From Clostridiales bacterium (lineage in GTDB: Bacteria > Bacillota > Clostridia > Christensenellales > Aristaeellaceae): a stretch of 53,619 nt of DNA. The position numbers and the translations under genes are program-made. The stretch is from positions 1 through 53,619 of the forward strand of contig SFFS01000008.1 of assembly GCA_004557805.1 (NCBI GenBank). Reading direction: 5' to 3'. This document shows positions 11,190 to 18,781 of the stretch, in pieces; position 1 is the first letter of the stretch; the number at the start of each line of letters is the position of its first letter. The notes below the pieces were generated by a model. That model was given only the letters and a program-made list of their open reading frames with translations. It was not told the DNA's origin and ran no database searches.

Positions 11190-11426
11190 TCAGGCGCGCA
11201 CGAGACGCTCGATTTCGGATACGGGCAGCAGGCTGGCGTCGTCGCCGCGCGCCAGGTGCTTCAGCTCGTGCCGCAGCGCGCGCCGCTGCAATTCGTCCGG
11301 GAAAATCGCGTTCAGCACCACGCAGTAGCCCTGCCCGTGCCGCACCACAAACGCGCGGACGCTGCCGGGCATTTCCCGGCTGACGACGCAGATGTCGTTC
11401 TGCGCCAGATAATCTTCAAGCAGCAT
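11190..11426 (-). CDS. Small HExxH protein (ImmA/IrrE-like metallopeptidase core), hypothetical
   Basis: 78 aa starting at ATG 11426 after GGGGGA. It contains RHELKHLARGD (an HExxH motif). The upstream part of the 133-aa ORF lacks coding character. Confidence 0.5.
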   Translation of the reverse strand: MLLEDYLAQNDICVVSREMPGSVRAFVVRHGQGYCVVLNAIFPDELQRRALRHELKHLARGDDASLLPVSEIERLVRA

Positions 11427-11583
11427 GCGATTTCCCCCTTTTTCTTTACAGGGATATTGTAGCGCCGGGAGGATGCGCGCGCAAGCGAAAAGAATGCCGA
11501 ATGCGGCAAATAGATCACAAAACTGAAAATATGCACAAAACCGTTCGGATTCTGCAAAAAAACAGGGAAAAGTGTAAATTGGC

Positions 11584-11612
11584 TTGACCATTTTTCAGGT
11601 TTGGTCTACAAT
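11584..11612 (+). promoter_or_regulatory. Candidate sigma-A promoter of the Mrp-like operon
   Basis: TTGACC (11584-11589), 17-nt spacer, TACAAT (11607-11612), 54 nt upstream of the mnhE start. Confidence 0.55.
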
Positions 11613-11665
11613 ACCGCTGTCCCATACAAATCATGGAAATATATAGATAGGAAAGGGTTGCGGCG

Positions 11666-12130
11666 ATGGCGCTTTTTCTTTTTGCCCTTTGGGTGGTGTT
11701 AAACGGCGGCTGGCGCATGGACGTGGTGCTGACGGGGATTCCCATCAGCCTGATAATCCTTGCGTTTGCGTGCCGGTTCCTGGAATGGTCGCTGAAGCGG
11801 GAGGCGGCGGTTTACCGCGGAATCCCTGAGGCGGCTTCCTTCGTCTGCCTGCTGGTGGAGGAGATCGTCAAGGCGAACGTGAGCGTTATCCGCCTGATCT
11901 TCGGCGGAAAGACGGAGCCGGTGGTGCGCTCGTTCGAGACGGAGCTGCATACGCGGCTGGGCCGCGTGCTGCTGGCCAATGCTATTACCCTCACGCCCGG
12001 TACGATTACCATCCGATGCGAGGACAACCGCCTGACGGTGCATTGCCTTGATAAGAGCCTTGCCGAAGGGCTTGTGGGCAGCGAACTGGAAAAGAGACTT
12101 GCGAAACTGGAGGACAAGCTGCGTGGCTAA
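11666..12130 (+). CDS. mnhE: Na+/H+ antiporter subunit E (MnhE/MrpE/MbhA-like)
   Basis: LFALWVVLNGG... and LANAITLTPGTITI are MnhE signatures. It is the first gene of a tightly packed operon. Confidence 0.9.
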   Translation: MALFLFALWVVLNGGWRMDVVLTGIPISLIILAFACRFLEWSLKREAAVYRGIPEAASFVCLLVEEIVKANVSVIRLIFGGKTEPVVRSFETELHTRLGRVLLANAITLTPGTITIRCEDNRLTVHCLDKSLAEGLVGSELEKRLAKLEDKLRG

Positions 12131-12431
12131 GTGGTTTTCTCAGGCGCTCGTGGCGGCGCTGTGCGTGTATGGCGCGCTGATTCTTTTCTGTCTGATCCGC
12201 GCGCTGCGCGGGCCGGATATGGCCGACCGCGTAATCGCCATCAACATGATCGGCACGATCGTCATCGCGGTGATCGTGGTGCTGTCCATCGTCATGGGGG
12301 AGGGGTTCCTGCTCGATATGGCGCTGGTTTACGCGATGCTCAACTTCCTTGCGACGGTGCTTCTGTGCCGCAGCTATGTGGGCGTGTTCCGCGCCCGCAA
12401 AAAGAAAAAGGAGGGCGAGGACAATGAGTGA
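12123..12431 (+). CDS. mnhF: Monovalent cation/H+ antiporter subunit F (MnhF/MrpF)
   Basis: GTG 12123 lies 9 nt after GGAGG and overlaps the mnhE stop. RALRGPDMADRVIAINMIGT...LLDMALVYAMLNFLATV is the MnhF signature. Confidence 0.85.
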   Translation: MAKWFSQALVAALCVYGALILFCLIRALRGPDMADRVIAINMIGTIVIAVIVVLSIVMGEGFLLDMALVYAMLNFLATVLLCRSYVGVFRARKKKKEGEDNE

Positions 12432-12747
12432 AACCATCCGTCAGGCCGTTGCGGCGGCGCTTTTGCTGGGCGCGCTGGTCATCGAGGCCATCGCTGTGAC
12501 GGGGCAGTATCGCTTCCATTACAGCCTGAACCGCATCCATGCGGCCGGTATGGGCGACACGCTGGGCGTGGCGCTGGCGCTGCTGGCCGGCGCGGTGCAT
12601 TACGGGCTTTCGATGAACAGCCTGAAGCTGTTTCTGATTCTTATCCTGATGTGGATGACCTCGCCGCTGGCTACGCACATGGTGGGCCAGATGGTGGAGC
12701 TGACGGATGAGAAGCTCGAAAAGGAGGCGCGCAAATGGGAATCCTGA
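12424..12747 (+). CDS. mnhG: Monovalent cation/H+ antiporter subunit G (MnhG/MrpG)
   Basis: ATG 12424 follows AGGAGGG. RIHAAGMGDTLGVALALLA and the MTSPLATHMV pattern are typical of MnhG/PhaG. Confidence 0.85.
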   Translation: MSETIRQAVAAALLLGALVIEAIAVTGQYRFHYSLNRIHAAGMGDTLGVALALLAGAVHYGLSMNSLKLFLILILMWMTSPLATHMVGQMVELTDEKLEKEARKWES

Positions 12748-13001
12748 ACGCGATTCTGCTGCTGGCCGTGCTGGTGTGCGCCGTGGGCGTGAGCCTGACG
12801 AAGAACCTGCTCTCGGCCGTAATCATTTTCATGACGCAGAGTCTGGTCATGTGTATCATCTGGATTCTGCTGGAATCGCCGGATCTGGCCATTACCGAGG
12901 CCGCCGTGGGCGCGGGCGTGACTTCCATGCTGATGTTTGCGGCGCTCAAGCGCATCCATGCGCTGGACGATAAGGAGCGGGACGACGATGACGAAGAATA
13001 A
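12735..13001 (+). CDS. Small MnhB-related subunit (DUF4040, MbhD-like)
   Basis: 88 aa and 3 TM segments. LESPDLAITEAAVGAGV resembles the N-terminal MnhB/MbhD domain. The gene overlaps both neighbours. Confidence 0.75.
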   Translation: MGILNAILLLAVLVCAVGVSLTKNLLSAVIIFMTQSLVMCIIWILLESPDLAITEAAVGAGVTSMLMFAALKRIHALDDKERDDDDEE

Positions 13002-13941
13002 CGGATTTTTCCAGTGGATCGAATCCGGCTCGCAGGCGCTGGATCTGGAAATGCAGGATTCGCTGCGCGACCCGGACGAGGTGGAGCAGGAGGAGGCGGC
13101 GCGGGAGTTGGACGACGCGCTCATGCCCGCCGAACGCAAAAAGCGGCGCAGCGTCTTTTCCGCGCTCCGCGCGGCCGATACAAAGCGCTTCAACACCATC
13201 TACCGCGTGCTGGCGGTGATGCTGTGCGCGGGGCTGATCGCGTTCATGCTCTTCTCCGTCGCGCAGATGCCGTCCTTCGGCAATCCCGATACGCTTACGC
13301 ACAGCGAGCTTTCGTCGTTCTATGCGCGCAACACCATCCGCGACAGCGGTGCGGCCAACATTATCTGCGGCATTATTCTGGATTACCGCGGCTTCGACAC
13401 CCTTGGCGAATCGCACGTGCTGTTTATCGCCGTGTGTACGGTGATGATGCTCCTGCGCTCGCCGAACGACGGCGAGGCCTCCGAGCTTGACGCGGAGGAT
13501 CTGCGGGAGCATTACCTCGAGGTGCGGCACGACAACATCCTCGTGATGATCGCGCGCTTCGTGGTGCCGGTGCTGCTCGTGTTCGGCGTTTACGTGGTGC
13601 TCAACGGGCATCTTTCGCCGGGCGGCGGCTTCTCGGGCGGCGCGATTCTGGGCGGCGCGCTGCTTCTGTATCTGTTCGCCTACGGCTACCGCCGCACGGA
13701 GCGGTTCATGACCATCCGCACGTTCCGCGTGGTGTCCTGCTGCGCGCTGGTGAGCTATTCGACGCTGAAATGCTATCACTTCTACACGGGCGTGAACGGC
13801 ATCGCGAGCATCTTCCGCCGCGGAACCTACGGCACGCTGTTCTCGGGCGGCATGCTGCTGCCGCTGGATATTGCGGTGGGGCTCGTGGTTGCCTGCACGA
13901 TGTATACGTTCTTTACGCTCTTTCGGAAGGGGGATTTCTGA
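12988..13941 (+). CDS. mnhB: Na+/H+ antiporter subunit B (MnhB domain) with a roughly 85-aa charged N-terminal extension
   Basis: The core GIILDYRGFDTLGESHVLF...GHLSPGGGFSGGAILG is the MnhB signature. ATG 12988 lies 10 nt after AAGGAG. Confidence 0.85.
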   Translation: MTKNNGFFQWIESGSQALDLEMQDSLRDPDEVEQEEAARELDDALMPAERKKRRSVFSALRAADTKRFNTIYRVLAVMLCAGLIAFMLFSVAQMPSFGNPDTLTHSELSSFYARNTIRDSGAANIICGIILDYRGFDTLGESHVLFIAVCTVMMLLRSPNDGEASELDAEDLREHYLEVRHDNILVMIARFVVPVLLVFGVYVVLNGHLSPGGGFSGGAILGGALLLYLFAYGYRRTERFMTIRTFRVVSCCALVSYSTLKCYHFYTGVNGIASIFRRGTYGTLFSGGMLLPLDIAVGLVVACTMYTFFTLFRKGDF

Positions 13942-14315
13942 TGCCGGAGCTTTTCTGGGAGCATATTGACGAGGTTGCGGCCGTGATTCTGTTCTGTATC
14001 GGGTTTACAACGCTGCTTCTCAACCGCAACATGATTAAAAAGATTATCGGCTTTTCGATGATGGACAGCGCGGTCTTCCTCTTTCTGGCCAGCTACGGCT
14101 ATATCAAGGGGCGCAGCGCGCCCCTGTATATCGACGGGCGCAACGATCCCTCGCTGTACGTCAACCCCGTGCCGGCGAGCCTTGTGCTGACGGGCATCGT
14201 GGTTTCGGTGAGCGTAACGGCCATCATGCTGGCGCTGACGATGCGCCTGTATCGCCGCTACCGCACGCTGGATATTGAAGAAATCGCCGAAAAGGTGCGC
14301 GAGGAGGGGAAATGA
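13941..14315 (+). CDS. mnhC: Cation:proton antiporter subunit C (MnhC/NuoK-like)
   Basis: 124 aa, with ATG overlapping the mnhB stop (TGATG). GFTTLLLNRNMIKKIIGFSMMDSAVFLFL and LVLTGIVVSVSVTAIML are NuoK/MnhC-like. Confidence 0.85.
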   Translation: MPELFWEHIDEVAAVILFCIGFTTLLLNRNMIKKIIGFSMMDSAVFLFLASYGYIKGRSAPLYIDGRNDPSLYVNPVPASLVLTGIVVSVSVTAIMLALTMRLYRRYRTLDIEEIAEKVREEGK

Positions 14316-15805
14316 TGGAGTTCTGGCAGAATATCCCGATGCTGCTGGTCGTCTTTTCCCTGATGTCGGCGGCGATCTGCTCGGTGCTGCCGGGGAAGGT
14401 CGCGCGCGTGTGGCTGACGGCGGCGACGGGCCTTGCCTGCGCGGCTTCGGCGTTCTTCCTTGCGAAGATGCTGGGCTTTGAGGGCGATTACGTCTATAAG
14501 ATGGGCGAGTTCGGCGCGCCCTACGGCAACGAGCTGCGCTGCGGCCGGCTGGAGGCCGTCGTGGCGCTGACGTTCACGTCGGTGCTGTTTCTGGCCGTGC
14601 TGGGCGGCGCGCACCGTATCTCCACGGAGGTCGATCCGCAGCGCAGGCCGCTTTTCTGCACGGTGTCGCTGCTTTTGCAGGCCGCGCTCATTGCGATGAC
14701 CTACACCAACGACATGTTCACCGGCTATGTGTTCATTGAAATCACCACCATCGCCGCGTGCGCGCTGATCTGCGTGAAAAGCCGCGGCCGCACGATGTTT
14801 GCGGCCACGCGCTATATGATTATGAACCTCATCGGCTCGGGCCTTTTCCTGTTCGGCCTGTGCATGATGTACTGCCTGACGGGCCATCTGCTCTTCCCGC
14901 AGCTGAAGGAACAGATCGCGCTGCTCGCAGCCAGAGGGCGCTACGGCGTGCCGCTGTATACGGCGCTGATCCTGATGGGCCTCGGCATTGCGATCAAGGC
15001 GGGCCTGTATCCGTTCCATACGTGGATCCCCAATGCCTATTCGAGCGCGACGCCGTCGGCTGCGGCGATGCTTTCCTCGCTCGTTTCCAAGACGTATATC
15101 TTCCTGCTGCTCAAGGCCGTATGGCGCGTGTTCGGGCCGGAGACGTTCCAGCCGGTGGGCGACGTGCTGTTCGTGTTCTCGATGCTGGGCATCGTAATGG
15201 GCTCCGTCGAGGCGATCTTCGAGCATAACGTGCGCCGCATGGTGGCATGGTCGTCGGTAGCGCAGATCGGCTATATTTTCATGGCGCTTTCCCTCTGCAC
15301 GCGCGAGGGCGCGGCGGCTGCGGTGTTCCATATTGCGGCGCATTCCTGCGCCAAGTCGACGCTCTTTCTCTCGGCCGGCAGGCTGGTGGAGGTTTCCGGA
15401 GGAAAGAGCGATTTCCGCGATCTGCGCGGGGCGGGGCTGCGCGCGCCGCTGGCGGGCGCGGCGTTCTCTGTGGGCGCGATGTCCATTGTGGGCATTCCCG
15501 TGCTGGGCGGGTTCGCCTCGAAAGTGTTCCTTGTCGAGGCGGCGCTGCAACTTTCCAAGTGGAAGTGTATCCTGATGCTGGCGGTGCTGGCCGTGAGCGT
15601 CGTGCTGAACGTCGCGTATTTCCTGCGCACGGTGCTGACGCTGTATCGTGACCCCATCGCGTCCGAGGCGGCCGCCGCAAAGGCTCCGCGCGCGGGCGCA
15701 GCTTTCTGTGTTTCCATGAGCGCGCTGATCGGCCTGAGCGTGGCCCTCGGCGTGTGCGGCGGCACAGTGATGAACTGGATCCGCGCGGGCGCCGCGCTGC
15801 TATAA
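14312..15805 (+). CDS. mnhD: Proton-conducting transporter membrane subunit (MnhD/NuoN-like), paralog 1
   Basis: 497 aa, polytopic, with Proton_antipo_M features (GLYPFHTWIPNAYSSATPSAAAMLSS). The start overlaps the mnhC stop. Confidence 0.9.
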   Translation: MMEFWQNIPMLLVVFSLMSAAICSVLPGKVARVWLTAATGLACAASAFFLAKMLGFEGDYVYKMGEFGAPYGNELRCGRLEAVVALTFTSVLFLAVLGGAHRISTEVDPQRRPLFCTVSLLLQAALIAMTYTNDMFTGYVFIEITTIAACALICVKSRGRTMFAATRYMIMNLIGSGLFLFGLCMMYCLTGHLLFPQLKEQIALLAARGRYGVPLYTALILMGLGIAIKAGLYPFHTWIPNAYSSATPSAAAMLSSLVSKTYIFLLLKAVWRVFGPETFQPVGDVLFVFSMLGIVMGSVEAIFEHNVRRMVAWSSVAQIGYIFMALSLCTREGAAAAVFHIAAHSCAKSTLFLSAGRLVEVSGGKSDFRDLRGAGLRAPLAGAAFSVGAMSIVGIPVLGGFASKVFLVEAALQLSKWKCILMLAVLAVSVVLNVAYFLRTVLTLYRDPIASEAAAAKAPRAGAAFCVSMSALIGLSVALGVCGGTVMNWIRAGAALL

Positions 15806-15838
15806 AAACCGAAGCTGTTACGATAGGAGAGGATTTCC

Positions 15839-17308
15839 ATGAAAGGCAATCTGTTTCTGCTGCTTCCCATTTTTGTGCCGGTCGCAATGGCGCTGGTTCA
15901 GTATTACGTGCGCTTGACCGCAAAGGGGCGCAATGTGCTGACCGTGCTGACGCTCGCCGCCACCGCCGCCATGGCGGTTTACGCCGCGATGCATCAGGGC
16001 ATGGAGTGCGTGCTGTGGAACATGACCGACCGCATCAGCATCGCTTTCCGCGTGGACGGACTGTCGGTGCTGTATCTGTCGCTGATTTCGATCGTGTGGG
16101 CGTGCGTAGGCCTGTATGCTACGGAATATCTCGAGCACGACGCCAGCCCGCGCCGGTTCTATCTGTTCTATCTGATTACGCTGGGCGTGCTGATGGGGCT
16201 TTCCATGGCGAAAAACCTCATCACGCTGTATATGTTCTATGAACTGATGACGCTGCTTTCCATGCCGCTGGTGCTGCATAACCTCGATAAGGAATCGGTT
16301 GCGGCGGCGCTGAAATACCTGCTGTATTCGGTGTTTGGCGCGTCTGCGGCGCTGCTGGGCGTTTTCTATGTCGGCGCGAACGCGCCTTCGTTCGATTTCA
16401 TCCCCGGCGGCCAGTTCGGCGCGGAGGACGCCGCGGTAACGCCTGTCGCGCTGGCGATTTTCTTCGTGATGATCGTCGGCTTCGGCGTGAAGGCGGGCAT
16501 GTTCCCGATGCACAGCTGGCTGCCTACGGCGCACCCGGTGGCCCCGGCTCCGGCCAGCGCCGTGCTTTCCGGCGTAATCACCAAGGCGGGCGTGCTGGGC
16601 ATTCTGCGCACGATCTATTACGTCGCGGGTGTGGAAGCGCTGCGCGGCACATGGGTGCAGTATGCGTTCATGGTGCTTACGCTCATTACCGTTATCCTCG
16701 GCTCTCTTATGGCCTTCAAGGAGAAGCATTTCAAGCGCCGCCTCGCGTATTCGACCGTCAGCCAGGTGTCCTACGTGCTCTTTGGCCTTTCGACGATGAC
16801 GAAACTCGGCTTCATCGGCGCGCTGCTGCACATCGTGTTCCATTCGCTGATTAAGGATACGCTGTTCATGTCCGCCGGCGCGGTCATTCACAAGACCGGC
16901 AAGACGAGCGTGGACGAGCTGCGCGGCATCGGCAAGCGCATGCCGGCCACGATGTGGTGCTTCACCATCGTCAGCCTGGGCCTTGTCGGCATCCCGCCCA
17001 CAGGCGGTTTCATCAGCAAGTGGAACATCGCCGAGGGCGCGATGACGCTTTCCAACGCGGCCAGCTGGATCGGGCCCGCGTGCCTGCTCGTTTCCGCCAT
17101 TCTTACGGCGGCGTATCTGCTTTCCATTTCCATCCGCGCGTTCTTCCCGGGCGAGGATATGCCCGCCGCGGAGCTTAGCCGCTGCGAGGCCAGCTGGCGG
17201 ATGATTGTGCCGATGGCGCTTCTGTCGGTGCTTGTGGTAGCGCTGGGCATGTTCCCGGGCGCGCTGCTGAACCTGTTCGGAACCGTCGCTTCCGCCGTTG
17301 CGCTGTAA
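15839..17308 (+). CDS. Proton-conducting transporter membrane subunit (MnhD/NuoM-like), paralog 2
   Basis: 489 aa with GMFPMHSWLPTAHPVAPAPASAVLSGVITKAGVLG. The Shine-Dalgarno sequence is AGGAGAGG. Confidence 0.9.
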   Translation: MKGNLFLLLPIFVPVAMALVQYYVRLTAKGRNVLTVLTLAATAAMAVYAAMHQGMECVLWNMTDRISIAFRVDGLSVLYLSLISIVWACVGLYATEYLEHDASPRRFYLFYLITLGVLMGLSMAKNLITLYMFYELMTLLSMPLVLHNLDKESVAAALKYLLYSVFGASAALLGVFYVGANAPSFDFIPGGQFGAEDAAVTPVALAIFFVMIVGFGVKAGMFPMHSWLPTAHPVAPAPASAVLSGVITKAGVLGILRTIYYVAGVEALRGTWVQYAFMVLTLITVILGSLMAFKEKHFKRRLAYSTVSQVSYVLFGLSTMTKLGFIGALLHIVFHSLIKDTLFMSAGAVIHKTGKTSVDELRGIGKRMPATMWCFTIVSLGLVGIPPTGGFISKWNIAEGAMTLSNAASWIGPACLLVSAILTAAYLLSISIRAFFPGEDMPAAELSRCEASWRMIVPMALLSVLVVALGMFPGALLNLFGTVASAVAL

Positions 17309-17320
17309 GGGGAGCTTCAG

Positions 17321-18766
17321 ATGAGATTGATGATTTGTGCGCTTGTTCCGGCGCTTGCGGCGCTGGCGCTTGTGTTCCTCAAAGGCGCGAAGCGCCCGGT
17401 AAGGATGACGGTCGCGGTGGGCGCGGCAGCGGTTACGTCGCTGATGCTGATCCCGAGCCTTGCGCATCCTTCCGGAGAAGCGGTGACGCTGTTCAGCCTG
17501 GGCGGCTCGTTCGCCTGTGCGCTCAAGCTCGACAGGGCCGGCGCGCTGTATCTGGGCCTGGCGGCGTTCCTGTGGCCGTTTGCGACGCTGTACGCCGTGG
17601 AATACATGGCCCACGAGGAAAAGGAACGCAACTTTTTTTCCTGGTATCTGATCGCCTATGCGGTGGTGATTCTGCTGGCCGCGTCGGCGAACCTGTTCAC
17701 GCTGTATGTTTTCTATGAGCTGCTTACGCTCGTCACCGTGCCGCTGGTCTGGCACAAGCGCGACAAGCGCTCCATCCGCGCGGCGCGCATGTATCTGCTG
17801 TATCTGGTGGGCGGCGCGGCGCTGGGGTTCATGGCGATGGTGACTGCGGGCGTATGCGGGGCGGATTCGTTCGTTCTCGGCGGCGCTGTCAGCGCCGGAA
17901 AAATGAGCGTCAACTTCCTGCTGGCTATGGCGGTGCTGGGCTTTATCGGCTTCGGCGCGAAGTCGGCTGTGTTCCCGATGAGCCGCTGGCTGCCGCGCGC
18001 GTCCGTCGCGCCCACGCCGGTGACGGCGCTTCTGCATGCCGTAGCCGTGGTGAACGCGGGCATTTTCTCCGTCCTGCGGCTGATTTACTATACCTTCGGC
18101 GCGGACTTCCTGCGCGGCACCTGGGCGCAGGTCGTTATGACGCTGCTGGCGACGATTACGGTCGTCTACGGCGCGCTGCGCGCCGTGCGCGAGCCGCGGC
18201 TGAAGCAGCGCATGGCCTGGTCGACGGTGAGCAACCTGAGCTATATGCTTATCGGCCTTTCGATGATGTCGTCCGCGGGGATGACGGCGGGGCTTGTGCA
18301 CATGGTGTATCACAGCCTGATGAAAATCGTCATCTTCGGCGGCGCGGGCGCGATGCTGGTCATGACGGGGCTGGAGAACGTGCACGACATGCACGGCCTT
18401 GCCCGGCGCATGCCCTTCACGTATGTAACCTTCACCATCGCCAGCCTTTCGCTCACCGGTATTCCGCCGATGATCGGCTTCATCAGCAAGTATTTTCTCA
18501 TCACCTCGGCGCTCGACACGGCCACGGCGTGGAGCCTTGCGTCGGCCGTAGCGCTGGTGGTTTCGGAGCTGCTGTCGGCCATCTATGACTTTTCGGTGAT
18601 TATTCCCGCGTGGTGCCTCCCGCTCGATAAAAAAATGGAATCGGCGGGCAAGTGCGATCCCGGCCCGTGCATGAAGATCTCGCTGGGCGTGCTGAGCGCG
18701 TGCGTGCTGGCGGGCAGCGCGTTTGTGCAGCCGCTGGTGCGCCTGATCAGCTCGATCGCCGCGTAA
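17321..18766 (+). CDS. Proton-conducting transporter membrane subunit (NuoL/MrpA-like core), paralog 3
   Basis: 481 aa with AVFPMSRWLPRASVAPTPVTALLHAVAVVNAGIF. Confidence 0.9.
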   Translation: MRLMICALVPALAALALVFLKGAKRPVRMTVAVGAAAVTSLMLIPSLAHPSGEAVTLFSLGGSFACALKLDRAGALYLGLAAFLWPFATLYAVEYMAHEEKERNFFSWYLIAYAVVILLAASANLFTLYVFYELLTLVTVPLVWHKRDKRSIRAARMYLLYLVGGAALGFMAMVTAGVCGADSFVLGGAVSAGKMSVNFLLAMAVLGFIGFGAKSAVFPMSRWLPRASVAPTPVTALLHAVAVVNAGIFSVLRLIYYTFGADFLRGTWAQVVMTLLATITVVYGALRAVREPRLKQRMAWSTVSNLSYMLIGLSMMSSAGMTAGLVHMVYHSLMKIVIFGGAGAMLVMTGLENVHDMHGLARRMPFTYVTFTIASLSLTGIPPMIGFISKYFLITSALDTATAWSLASAVALVVSELLSAIYDFSVIIPAWCLPLDKKMESAGKCDPGPCMKISLGVLSACVLAGSAFVQPLVRLISSIAA

Positions 18767-18781
18767 GGAGGGACGGATGAG

